From positions 20,459,911-20,523,910 of the forward strand of contig NC_057722.1 of the NCBI RefSeq assembly GCF_004010195.1: a stretch of 64,000 nucleotides of DNA, read 5' to 3'. This DNA comes from Chiloscyllium plagiosum. Its lineage: Eukaryota. Both the position numbers and the translations under genes were made by a program. This document shows, piece by piece, positions 48,578 to 61,989 of this stretch. Under the pieces are notes generated by a model. The model was not told the DNA's origin, searched no databases, and saw only the letters and a program-made list of their open reading frames with translations. Each line of letters begins with the position of its first letter. Position 1 is the stretch's first letter.

Positions 48578-50690
48578 CCCAGAAAGAATGTCTACCATGG
48601 TAATCCCTCTGTCAAATTTTGTTTGACAGCATGGAATATTTCATATTTATAAAAGACACCCTGACAATACACGTCATTGTTATAGGGTAGGCATGATGGG
48701 CACCAAAACAGACAGCTGCCAACGTGGGAAATAGTTCTGTAACTTAACAGTCAAATACAGATAACAGTTGGTGGGAAGGTGTTTGTGGGGTAGTGGTACT
48801 GTCACCATCTCTAAGCCAGGAGACCACCTGCTGAATAGATTGATTAGAAAATAACAAGAGTTGCTGGGTTGAAATAGTACTGCTAACTGCACCTCATTGG
48901 CCAGAAGGCTGCATGTGGGCAAAAAGGTGTGCTGCAGCATTTTGATTTCAGCAGGCAGCTAATTGTTCACGTCTAGAGACAAGAAATTTGTCTCATAACG
49001 TTCAAAATTTAGAAAATTCTGATGAGGCTCAAATGCCAGTGATAGAATAAAGGGCATTTTTCATCTCATGATTTCAGAGATGTTTCAAAGGACATTACAT
49101 ATAAACAATATCTTGACATGTTGTAATTGCCATAATATTTGGTGTATTTACTCAGTCATCTGCAAGAAAACTAGATACAAAGACAAGTTGGTGGAATTTA
49201 CGTGGTCCAGACAAACTGCAATTCCAGTTATCAATCACATTAAATTATGAGCAATATGGTGAAATCTTTCAATCTTGTGATGATTCTGTGGCTTTAAAAG
49301 GTTATTTTGTCCTTTTTTAAGAAAGAGGGGTTTTAAGATAGTGGTGCTGAGCTATTTGGTGAAAAGGCAGTGAGCAGCTAGTCCGATCTTGGTTGTGTTT
49401 TGAATGTTGGAACAATAGAAGCAGCCTGATTGGGGGTGGTCAAGCCTCACAAATCCAGTATCTTTAGTTTTAACTTTCAGTGGCAGAAGCTGCTGGGGTT
49501 TTGTAACACTATACATCTCTCTCTGCTACAGCTAAAAGCTGGAGTTCTGTCTTTCTCAGAATTGTCTTTTGATGTTCTTTTCTCCTGCATTGGAGAATTA
49601 CATGTGAGACAATCTGTTTTCTAAATTTGTGTTTTGCCAAGGCTGTGTTTATGGGATGTTGCTATACTGGAACAGGTAATTAGTAATAGTTACTGTATCA
49701 ATTGTTCTGTTAAGTTTTCCAATAGAGTTAAGTTATTCCAAGTTCCTCTTTCTTTTGTTGCATTTTAACTATGGTGTTTGAATAAATTGTGTTTTGCTTA
49801 ATGGCAAGTAATTTGAACATTCAAATTGCATCTGGAACACAGCACCTTGCATTTACCTTAGAAAATAAGAAAAGTTAGGGTCTAGGCTTCCTTCTTAATA
49901 TATTTTTGAAGAGGTCTGATCTGTTCCATAACAATCTGAGGAAGTGATTTTTACATATAGTGGCAACTTTGTGTTTAGTTGCTCAAAAGTGCCCTCTTCA
50001 CAAGTATTCTTCACCCCTATCTTTCCTTAAACTTGTTTTCATATCTAAACCGGAACACTGACACAGGCAACACAAATGAGCAGTATGTTAATTTTTTAAA
50101 GACAGGTGTTGCCAGAGTTGCTGTGATTCTCCAGCACTTCCTGCTTTTGAGTCTTACAAAACCAAAGCACAGAAGGAGATAATATGGTCTGTCAAGTTTA
50201 TCCATCTCTCTGCAAGAACAATTTATCTAGTCTGACTTCAGTAATCATGCCTGACTTTGTTTAAAAGTCTATGGTAGCAGAATTTAGCCCAGTACAATAG
50301 CTGAAGGGTGTAGGGTCAGGGAGCTGAAAGGCCTAACATGCTAAACTAATGCCAGTGTAAGAATTTGGTTTGGCAGGTAAATTTAAATATTCTACTTGTA
50401 GTTATAATGAAATTAAAGCAGTTGTAAGAGTTTGCTTTGTTTCATACCTCAATGATTTGCAAAACAAGCTTCTAAATGTGTGTATGACTTTTCTCGTAAA
50501 TTATTTTTATCCTTTACTTAAGTCTTGTTTCATAAATACATTGCTGGCAAATTTACTAATCTTGCTTGATTTTGTATAAAAGATCTATAGGAGCAGAATA
50601 TAGACCAAAATGAAGTTTTATAATGGATTCAGTCTATATCATATTATATTCTGTTGACCTAAAATATTTATCTGTTCTATTAACTAAAAG

Positions 50691-50825
50691 CAAAGACTTC
50701 CAAATAGCTTATACGATGAAACAAACAGGAGAGAAGTTGGATCTGGAGTTTTCAGCTATCAAATGTATGATCAAGTTGGATGTCATGTAAACAAGAATCC
50801 CTGTTTACCCAGAAAGGAATCTGCG
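50691..50825 (+). CDS. USP-B, candidate coding exon 2
   Basis: aag acceptor and GCG|gtaagc donor; 135 nt open, phase 0/0; QRLPNSLYDETNRREVGSGVFSYQMYDQVGCHVNKNPCLPRKESA; no homology support. Confidence 0.45.
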
Positions 50826-51747
50826 GTAAGCACGAGCAATATTTTTAATTGACTTATTGAATTAACAATATACACTTTCACTTTTTTGGGCTTATTTGAA
50901 AAACACCATCTTGTTGCAAGGACTATCTGTGCTTTATATTGTTGTGATAATTCTTAGAGAAATTAGGTTACTTAAATCTATAATAGTGGTTTGACTTATA
51001 AAGAAGCAACTGTTTACAAATTAATAGAAATTATTCTTACATTGGATATTTTCTGGAAGGAACTCAAGTTCCATACATTCAAGAATGGTGAGTGAAAAAT
51101 ATGTTGAAACAATCTTAAAAATATCAAAGGTAATGATTTCATCAGTGCAGTTAAGAATTGTTTGGTTGATGTATTTATAAATTGTGCAACCTTGTTGGAG
51201 AATGACAATATCCTCCTTCTTAAACACTATTAGAACCCTTTCTGATTTTTCATTTTTTTAAAAATTGTTCTTTTATTAATTTTGGTTTGAAGCTGTGAAT
51301 TGGTTGCTGTGAGCTAAAATGACTTTTGGACTGTGGGTCAAAAGCTTGTATTCAAAGGTAAATAAAGGAAAACAAGCTTTTGTTTATTGCTGAGGCAAAG
51401 CCTGGCAGCTAATTGCAGGTTGGTTCCTGATCAAAAGGTTTGGCAGATGCTTCGTCACTGGGGAAGAATATTATATTTAAACAGATAGCAAGTTAGTAAC
51501 TATTCAGTTCTGTACCTGGGAATTGTTTCCAGCAAATCTGGAAATGACCTTATGCTCAAGCAGATGTTGAACGGTAATTGAGACCTTGTGCAGGAGATGA
51601 TCAGTCTGTCAGGGATTATCGAGTTTGACTTGGGTTTTGGACTAAGTTTTAAAAAAAAAGCTACTAATACTACAGCATGAAAATTTGACAGCTCCCTGCC
51701 TAACCTCCCCTTAGCAGTGCTTGCAAGCTCAGAGAATAGAAAACTAA

Positions 51748-52045
51748 GGCGGCATGGTGGCTCAGTGGTTAACACTGCAGCATCACAGCACCAGGGTCCC
51801 AGGTTTGGGCGACTGTGTGTGTAGAGCTTGCACATTCTCCCTGTGTCTGCGTGGGTTTCCTCCAGATGCTCCGGTTTCCTCCCACAAAGATATGCAGGTT
51901 CGGTGAATTGGCCATGCTAAATTGCCCATAGTGTTAGGTGCATCATTCAGAGGGAAATGGGTCTGGGTGGGTTATTCTTCGAAGGGTCAGTATGGACTGG
52001 GTGGGCTGAAGGGCCTCTTTCCACACTGTAGGGAATCTAGTCTAA
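51748..52045 (+). mobile_element. HE1-type SINE
   Basis: Head, core and tail. Confidence 0.88.
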
Positions 52046-55000
52046 ATTATAATTATTACTGCTTAAGTGAACTGTAAATGTGACCCTGGTGGACATCTCC
52101 AAAAAGTTGATGAAGAAGTCTTCACCTATGCTTGTGGAACAATGCATCATGAAAATCACTGTTAGGTAATCGGCCAGTTTTGTTATTTTCCTTGATTTAT
52201 CCCGAAACTGTGTTTTCTGCCTGTCATTTGTGTGAATGGGACTGAAAATAGGGTTTATGCCTTTGATAAATTAGACTATTTTGTTGTTTAATTTTTGCTC
52301 TGCTGAAGTTAACATGTTGTTAATAAATTGCTAAGAGTTTGGCAAGCTACACGCTGGTGGCTGGAATTGGTTACTCATAAAGTCTGGGATTGATTATTCA
52401 AAAATTCCACTCGGAACCATTAGGATCAATTTTGACAGTTTTCGAAGGCTTTAATTTTATAGTGTTATGAATACAAAGGTAAGAAGGCTGATTTTGTTTG
52501 GCTGTCTGTCTCCATGTCGTAACAAAAGACAAATTTTATGATCCCCTGTTGAATACAACTCCTTTCTCCTTCTTGTACTGAACCACAGATGAATCACAAG
52601 GTTACATTCAACCAGATAGATTCCTCAGCATTTGATCCACTGTGTTCTTCATTGGAGTTGTAGAAAACTAATCCTGTTTTCTTTCAGTGCCCTGAATCTC
52701 CATCCGCTTTCTAATATATATCCAATATTTAGTTTTGAAAATTCCAATCGCCACTATTCTGTGCTTAAATATCCCAATTCCTAACAATCTGAAAAAGAAG
52801 TTTTTTTTACCGTTTAAAAAAAATTTACCCATGAAATGTGACTGTTTTTAATAGACCAGCATTTATTGACCATTCCTAATTGCCTGGGAGAATGCAGTGG
52901 AGAGCTTCCTTCATGTATCGCTGCCATTCTTGGATGTGGAGATACCCTTGGTGCTGTTAGGAAAAAAGTTCCACGACTTTGACCCAGTGATGTTGTTATG
53001 AGCAGGCTCAATTTTTTAGAGTTTCAGATAGGAAACTCCAAATTGTTAATCTCTTGGGTGAGGAAGAATGAACTGATTCTATTCACCATCCCTCTGGTTA
53101 ATTGCATCAAGGTTAATTTTTAAAAAAAGGATCCTTTTCTTTGAGGATACCTTTCTCCCCAACCAGATTTACGTTCTAAAAGGAGTTAATTTGCCATGCT
53201 TTCTTGAGTTAATGAGAGAGTGAGTTTATTGTTTTTTAAGCACAAGAAGAAATTATAATGGAACATTTTACAAACAGATTAGGCCAAGATGTAAATCTGA
53301 AAAAAATTCATAAAGTCTGAGTCATTTGTGAAGAAGAGATAGTGAGAAGTTGTGATTGTTACATGGGAAGATACTGATTGTGCTGACATTGGTAGTTGAA
53401 CAATTAATTTTCTGATTTTGAGTTTACGGATTGAATCTAGTTATATTTTCCCTGGTTTATTTCAACAGTGGCTAGCACTCCAAGTTAGAGAGTGAGTTTT
53501 CTTTTCTTTACCTGCAGTGTAGAGGTGTGTAATGGCTGTTGTCATACTGTAACCTTTGCATCGCACAACTGTACATACTTGTGGGTCAGGTCACTAACAT
53601 GCACAGAGCAAAGGTCGCGGTTAGTTTTTAATCCCTGCAAGACTAAAACATAACGAGAGGTAGTCAGCTTCTTCTTATTGTTCCATTTTTTTAGTCTTTC
53701 TTTTTGAAGTTTTCCTAGCTCTGTACAGGTGTGGGCACACCATGAGTCTATACAAGAATCTGAAAGTCAGTGATTGAATTTAAACCTGCAGTTATCTTTT
53801 ACTATCAGCTGTGGTGCCCTCATTTAATAAACAAACATATGCTGAAATTATAAGTTTAATAATTCTGTAAGCACTTCAAAGTTTTGATCTGTCATCATGA
53901 CACAATGAAGAGACCTTTTAAAAGACAGTTTAAAATTGATTACCTCCTGTTCTTGGCTCCATAAGCAGAAGAAATACTTTTTCTTTCTTTACATAGAGAA
54001 AATAGATCTGGAATTTCATACTACCTTCACAAACGTAGACCAGGATGTGCTATCAAAATAACAGTAAGGCTGTTGGCACTAAGGTTGCTCATTAGTAACT
54101 GATACTGCAACTTCAAGGGATTGGCTGATGTGTGATTAAGTATCAATGTCTAAAAGTAACTTTCCCAAGTTTCATCTCTTTGCCATTAGCTTACTTTAAA
54201 CAGCAGCTCATCCTTATAGCTTGGCTGTTTCTTTTATCTTATTTGCTTATAGAGACTTGGGTTTCATTTTACAAGTCTAAGTTTAAATTTTATCAGCCTC
54301 TGAGCAAAGAGGGCAACAGTGAGGCAGTTCAGAAAATATAGCTAGTTTTAGGGAAAATGCTGGTTGCAATTAAGAGTTGTAGACCAGGAGCCTTGATGCG
54401 AAGTGGGTGCAGTTGCAGAGACAATGTGAGGCAGCTGAGAGCAAATGGTGGCACTTGCCCTTGAAGAGCAGAGAAGGTCATTAACTTGCTTCCTGCACTG
54501 CTGGGAGTTCTTCCAGAATATGCACGCTGCGCTGACCCAGTTGCCAACTTCACCCATACTGGCAGGGTCTGGTGGCGTGATCTCTTTTCTGTTGAGGAAG
54601 GAGAACAGTCTTACTCTCCAATACTCTGCCAAGTGTGACCTCCAGATCCCTGATGTTAAATCAGTGTGTTAAGTTGCCTTTGTCACTATTCTTTGGGGTA
54701 AGTCTTCCCACGTTGCAACCATGAATGGAAGTTCCTGGGCTTACAGCGTTTGACCTGTGGTTTAAACATGATGCTGCCAGCAGAAATCGTAGTCAGTCCC
54801 TGCAGCATTGCGTACTTCCACTGCTGGTGAGTGCGAGATAGCATGAGAGTAACTGGAGAGTTGTAGTGCATATATAATGAGCTCCGCAGCAGAGAATTGT
54901 GGGACAGAGCTTGCCAGAGCTCAGAGTTAAAACATGCATTAAACTCAGAGTTAACACTTTCCCAATGTTTTGATAAAATTCAATCATGGGTACTCATTTT

Positions 55001-56895
55001 ACATGGTGATAAATATCAATGACTGCCATTTGAGCTCTAGGTAAAAAAAAGTATGGTTTTTCAGGCCTAGTTGTATAAGAAGTTATTTTTGGATAATACA
55101 AATGCAGCAATATAACTCAATTGGATTTTACATAAGATTTTCATTAAATCATTGTATCATGAAGAAAATAGATAACTATGCCTACAGAGAGCAGTTTGGA
55201 GAAGGAGGCTAGCTGATTTCTCAAAAAGAACATAACTCATAGAATCATAGAGTAAAGACTTAATTCTGCACACCCATATGTCCCGGAGCATTCAAAGACA
55301 CATTGGGCCAGATTTTCAATGTAGCTATGGGAAAATGATATGCAAGTCAATTTCATGTCCCAATCGTGTGCCTAAACTGGAAACATAAGTGGTTAAAATC
55401 GGTCAGCTGGTGACCTCAGTGTGCAGTCAGAGATAGCAAGCTCCTCTGGGAGCTGACTGTATGAAGTCAGCAGTAAAAGCAGCTGACAAAGCAGGTGTTA
55501 TGGACTGCCCGTCCTAAGAGGAATGGGCCTAGAGGATGAGATGGTGGGAAGTGGCCCCTTCAGTTAACCTTTTAAATATAATTTCAGTAAAACTCTTCAT
55601 TGGTCCTGTGGTGACCAAAATGTACACCAGCCTGTTCAGGATTCCTAAAATCAGATTTCAGAATTGCTTTCTTGCACATTCCAGCTTTGTACTATGCTCC
55701 TAAAGGAGTTTAAGGGGCTATTAACTGGCAGCATGACAATTTAACAAAGAAACTGACTGGTTGACTGTTTGTAAATCAAATTTGGAATCATTCTGCATGT
55801 GCCAAATTCTGAGGCATGGTTCCTTAGAATACTGTCAGGGCCGTTTGGTGTGTATCGATGTATAGCCTAGTATCTAGAACTCTTTAATTTATCCTCAGCT
55901 TGCAAATCCTTTTGGCAAGGATAAGATCTTCCCTTTCTTGTATTTAACTTCTTTGAGTACCCAAAGAAATAGTGAGGTCAATATAAGTCAGTGTTGCACA
56001 AACTGTTGCACAAAATATTAGTTAAGAAACTGAGCTGTCAAATAAATACAGTGGCTGCAAGAGCAGGTCAGGCATTGGGAATCCTGCAGTGAGTAACTAA
56101 TCTTCAGAGTCCTGAAAATCTGTCCACCACAAGACAGCAAACACTCAAGAAACTTACCACTATTCAGGACCAAGTAGCTGCTTGATTGGCATCAAATTCA
56201 CAAATATTCATTCCTTTCGCCACCAACATTCAGTGCAATGCAAAAATTCACTGAGAGTCTATACACAGTGCCTTCCACATCCGCAGCCATGACCACCTAG
56301 AAAGAAAATGGCAGCAGATACATGGGAATACCACCATCTGCTAGTTCCCTTCTAAGCCACTAACCATCCTGACTTGGAAATATATCATTGTTCCTTTGTC
56401 ACTGGGTCAAAGTCCTGAAACTCTCTCCATTATGGTGTTATTGGTCTGCCTGAGCCAAATGCATTTCGGCAGTTCAAGAAGGAAGCTCACCACCACCTTC
56501 TCAAGGGAGATTAGGGATGGGCAATAAATGCTTGCCTGGCCAGCAAACCAAAACTGAAGTTTTAAAACTTCTAAGCCAGTAATAACAATGAGTATGTCAT
56601 TGTTAGATCAACAATTTTTTTTTCTGGAATAGCACACTAACAATAATAACTTAATGCTATGTTAGGCCTATTTTTGAATGTGCAGAATCGTGAATATATC
56701 ACTCATTGATATCTTTAATATATGTGGTACATTTGTTTAATCTGGTTGTACAATCCCAATGTCTGAGTTTGCACACCTGAATTTATTGCTCCATTTTATT
56801 TGTCATGGAAATGCTTATTAGCATTAATCTATCATTCGCAAAACTTGAATGAATTTGCATGAAGGATGATCAAACTTCGCATCCATCTCTTTCAG

Positions 56896-56962
56896 GAAAG
56901 AAAACCAGAAAGAGGTGAAAGTCTGCATTCTTTTGAAAATGCAAATCGTTTAACAGATTGCG
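56896..56962 (+). CDS. USP-B, candidate coding exon 3
   Basis: catctctttcag acceptor and G|gtaacc donor; 67 nt, phase 0/1; ERKPERGESLHSFENANRLTDC; supplies the phase needed by the Cys-box exon. Confidence 0.55.
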
Positions 56963-58307
56963 GTAACCACAAACAAAACATTGTTGACGCAGAAAATCAA
57001 CAAAAGTCACTCAGAAGTTCTCATAACAATGAAAGTAAGTGCATGCACAGAAATTTTATGAATGTAGAATATTTTTTAAAAATAATGTTAAAGATGTAAC
57101 CAAATGAATCTTAGGAGTATTAATCGACTTCAACAATCAAAGAAAGCATTCAGTTAGGTGCCCCATAACAATTAAACAAATCTTCCTTGCGTCTTTTCCT
57201 TACCTAGTTGATGCTCCTGAAAATGTGAAAATTTATTAAGAGCTTCCATCTTATTGAAGCTTCAAGCCAATTCATATCCAAGAATCTGCTTTTAAAAAGT
57301 ACATTTTGACATCTGTGACAAATTGCAGCACGGTAGCTGAGACAAACCATTCTAAAACAACACTACAACTAAAATAATCCAAACATTGTTTGAAAAAAAT
57401 TCTCCAATCCTCCACTGTTGACCAATCCTTTAAACAAATTACAGATCTGCAAATTTGCCAAACATTAATCTGTTCTTCTCTGGGCTATATGCTATCTGAA
57501 TACCACATTGTGTTGAAATCTGTCTCTTAATTTTGAGATCTATTGTTTCAAGGTTATTGGGCAAAGATATTTAAATAGAAGCAAAGTACTGAGGATGCTG
57601 AAGATCTGAAGTAAAAAAAGAAAACATTGGAGAAACTCAGTAGGTTTAGTGGCAACTGCTGGGACAAACAGAGTTAACATTTCAAGTCATTATGATCACT
57701 TGGGAACAGGCAAAACAATACTTCACACCATCCTCTGCAGCAGGTATGATAAGAAAAACCTGTCTCTTCATTAGTTGCAGTTTTGTCCCACAGGGACAGA
57801 TGAGAATTCGTATTGCCTATGGAGTCAGCTGGAATAGCTTAAACCGTATTGGTTTTATTTTCAATGAATATTGCCTGTATTACTAGATTGTTAGCATATG
57901 CATCTGGTACAACATGCAACATCATTAATGCATCTCTCGTCTGTTTGGGTAAAGATATACAAATTGCTGTGTGGAATTTTCTGGTTCGTATGTTCTTGGG
58001 AATGCACCATGTAGAACTGACATTCAAAGCACCAGCTTGTCTCAATAATACTGCTCTAATCTGAATCAAATGATTGTCCAACTGTGAAATGTATTCATAT
58101 AAATTAGTCTAATGCTCCATTGAAGCACCGAAGAAGTACATTACCAAACAAATTAAACTTATCTACTTGTACAGAAGACACGAATAGTAACAAATGTAAT
58201 GTTTCTACCCTGTGACTCATGCAATACAATTTTAACAGACAGACAGCTATTTCATTTTTTTTTGTAGAGACTTGTGCAAATTGACTACTATGATTCAAGT
58301 TCTACAG

Positions 58308-58578
58308 GACAGCATGGTGCTCGGTGATTAACAGTGCAGCCTCACAGTGCCAGGGTCCTGGGTGTGATTCCACCCTTGGGTGACTCTCCGTGTAGAGTCT
58401 GCACATTCTCCCAGTGTTTGTGTGGGTTTCATCCCACATTGAAAAGATGAGCAGGCTAGGTGGATTAACCATGGGAAATGCAGGGTTACAGGGATTTGGT
58501 GGGATGCTGTTTAGAAGGTTGGTGTGAACTTGATGGGCTGAATGGCCTGCTTCCACACTGTAAGGATATTATGATTCT
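58308..58578 (+). mobile_element. HE1-type SINE (diverged)
   Basis: Head and core recognisable. Confidence 0.8.
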
Positions 58579-58748
58579 CATCAAGACAGGGGAGGGGGAG
58601 AGGGTCACAAAATTTGAGTTAGTTGGATGTGATATTATGAGACTTTGTTTTTATCTTTATTGCTTGACTTGCTGAGTGGAGGAAATAACTTGGGGGTGGG
58701 GGTGGGTTCATCACAAAGAAGTGGGTAATGTATTATTTCTTTTCATAG

Positions 58749-58845
58749 CATTTGTGGCACTCATCAATATAAGGAATAACTGCTGTGTAAATGCCCTTCT
58801 GCAGACCTTGTTTATAATTCCAGAATATAGAGACCTACTTTTGAA
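58749..58845 (+). CDS. USP18-like deubiquitinase B, catalytic Cys-box exon; gene continues beyond the right edge
   Basis: ttatttcttttcatag acceptor and gtaagt donor; 97 nt, phase 1/2 (same as USP-A); AFVALINIRNNCCVNALLQTLFIIPEYRDLLL; the CC motif recalls USP18 (GLHNIGQTCCLNSL). Confidence 0.88.
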
Positions 58846-59321
58846 GTAAGTTCTGGTTTTGCTGATTTACTTGCATTTTTTCTGTTTTATAACTAATTAA
58901 GACTACTGTTATATCACACAATTTATCTTCTAGCAGATTTTGCAAAATTTAGTATATTTGAGAAACACCTTTTGTTATATTTTACATGTGCACAAGCAAT
59001 ACTACCCTAACCTAATTGAAGGCTCTTTTTTGATAACTGTATAACTCATTGAAAAGGTAACCAGACTGAATTTTGGCTTAATGAGGAAATTATGCTTCAG
59101 TTATATTGAACGTTTAGTCAGAACACATCTGGATATTGGATTCAGTTTAGAGTAATGAAACACAACAATAATAATTTAGGTTTACCTAGTATCTTTAACA
59201 TAATGAAAGGTAAAAGCATTATATTAAAAAGTAACAGCAGAGAACATAAGGAGATTTTAGTTTAGATGACCAAAATGTTTAATTCAAGAGAATGGTGCTT
59301 CAAGATGTTTTGCATAGACTT

Positions 59322-59533
59322 TGTTAAAAATCACACAACATCAGGTTATAGTGAAACAGGTTTATTTGGAATCACTAGCTTTTGGAGCTAGTGTTTCCTT
59401 TGGTTGCTACCACCTGATGAAGCAGCAGCACTTCAAAAGCTAGTGCTTCCAAATAAACCTGTTGGACTATAACCTGGTGTTGTATGATTTTTAACTTTGT
59501 TCACCCCAGTCCAACACCAGCACCTCCAAATCA
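59322..59533. mobile_element. Palindromic hammerhead-family element
   Basis: Inverted arms; degenerate CTGATGAAGCAGC..CTTCAAAAGC core; flanking CATAGAC direct repeat. Confidence 0.7.
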
Positions 59534-59693
59534 CATAGACATTATAATGGAACATTGAGACAAAAATAAAAATGGCTGGAAAAGCTCAGCAGTTCTCGCA
59601 GCATCTGTGAAGAGAAACAACAGTTAATGGTTTGAGTCAGTTCTAAGGAAAGCTCACTGGATTGGAAATGTTAACTTTGACTTCTCTTCATAT

Positions 59694-60000
59694 ATGGTGG
59701 CTCAGTGGTTAGCACTGCTGCCTCACAGCGCCAGAGACCCGGGTTCAATTCCCGCCTCAGGCAACTGTCTGTGTAGAGTTTGCACATTCTCCCCGTGTCT
59801 GCGTGGGTTTCCTCCGGGTGCTCCGGTTTCCTCCCACAGTACAAAAATGTGCAGGTCAGGTGAATTGGCCATGCTAAATTGCCTGTAGTGTCAGGTGAAG
59901 GGGTAAATGTAGGGGAATGGGTCTGGATGGTTGCTCTTTGGAGGGTTGGTGGGGACTTGTTGGGCTGAAGGGCCTGTTTCCACACTGTAAGTGATCTAAT
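59694..60000 (+). mobile_element. HE1-type SINE
   Basis: Near-consensus head and core. Confidence 0.9.
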
Positions 60001-61989
60001 CATATGCTGCCAGACCTGCTGAGTTTTAGTTCTCGTTTCTGATTTACAACATTCAAAGTTCTTTTGGTTTTTATAATGGAACACCAAAACTGGACTACAG
60101 AGGGAGATATTAGGCAGATGGCCCAATGGTCAATCAAAGTGGTTTGACAAGGAGTATCTTATAAAGTGAAAGATAGGCAGAGAGTTTAAGAGTGCAATTT
60201 TCATAACTTAGGACCGTGGCAGCTGGAACAATGCTGAGGAATATCTCATAGTGGCCTGGAGGAAATTTCAGAAATGTGGACGAAGAAGGACAAGAAGGGA
60301 ATTGAAACTAAGCATGAGTATTTAGTCAGTGTAATCAATGAGCACAGGAGTGATAGGTGAACATGATTTGGTGTGAACTATAAATTCACAAAGTGTCATT
60401 AGACAGCATGTTCAAAACTCAGTACTGCTACCGTTTAAGAGTGACAAAGGCAGCAGTTACATGGTGAACAAGTCATAGTTCCTTTACTGTTGGGTCAAAA
60501 TTCTGGAACTCCATCCCTAACAATATTGTGGCTCTACCGACACCAAATGAAATTCAACAGTTCAAAAAGAAATTTCTGCCCAACACCACTTTCTGAAAGG
60601 CAATTTGGGATAGACAATAAATGCTGGCCCAGCCAGTGACCCCTACAACCCATGAATGAATAAAAATAGGACTTGGGCACCAATGTTTTGAAAGACCCTG
60701 AATTTGCCAAGGGTAAAATGGAGGAGATTAGTTTGGAGTACACAGAATAGTCCTGTCTCGAGGAACATAGTTAAAAGAAATACAACACCCGGTTATAGTC
60801 CAACTGGTTTATGCTTGAAACATCAATTCGCCTGCTCCTTGGATGCTGCCTGACCGGCTGTGCTTTTCCTGCACCACACTCTTCAACTCTGATCTCCACC
60901 ATCTGCAGTTCTCACTTTCTCCTTTGTCCACCCCAGTCCAACACCAGCTGCTTCACATCATAGAGGAACATAGACATGAGCAAGGATTTCAGATGCAGAG
61001 GTGCTGAGGGATGGGCGAAGGCAAGCGATGTTACATTGATGGAAATAAGCCATCACTCTACTGATGGCACAGATATTTATTTTAGGGTTAAATTTGACAC
61101 CAGGTTCATGAACAGATTGGTTCAGTCTCAGACAGTTGTCAGCCGAAGTGATGGGGTAAGTAGCTAAGAAGCAGAGTTTGAAAACAGTTTAAAAACAGTT
61201 TCTGTACAGTGACAGAGGCAAAAATTGACTTGGAAGGATTCAAAAATGAAGTTCAAGGGTACAAATTTGGGACTATGGGGAAAATTGAAAAGTTTTCAAG
61301 GATTGTGCTGTAAAGGGTTAGTTTTTGAGCAGAGGAATAATAATATAACATTTAAAGGAAAGAAGGACAACATCTGAAGAAAGATTCATTTACAGTATTG
61401 GCCAACAGAAGGGGATGTTGAGTGTCAGAAGGTTAGGTGGAACAAATCAAAGAAGCAGGATGTGTGTTTCAAGAATAATGTGAGCTCAGAGAATATGAGG
61501 AGAGTTAGGACAGAAACAATAAAAAAAACTATTTGAATTCAGGGCTAGAACATGGGAGAGCTTTAAAGAAAGTTAGCCTTGGTGGGCTGGTAAAGGCAAC
61601 AGATTGTGTGGACTCAATTTTAGTGATAAATATATCCAGGAGTTCCTTGCACATGTTGTTGCAAGTGAATGTGAAGGAGATGGGAGAGAGTTTTAAGAAA
61701 ATGGTTTACTGTAGAGAAAAGAAGCTAGAGATTATTTTGTCATTCCAGGGCAATCACGGAATAGTAAGCAGTTCAAACGGACAAAAACAGAATGCAATAT
61801 TGTTTTATGTGTTCAACAAGGTCTGGCAGTGAACAACGAAACCTGCCATATCCATTCATATTGGAGTCTTCAGTAACCAAAGCTGTATGCTGTACTGGTG
61901 AATGGTCACAATAATTTTAATGGGGACTAGGGCATTAAAATGTGGAATTGAGGCTAAAGTTTGACTAATTAGTAGCTGCAGAAATGTTG

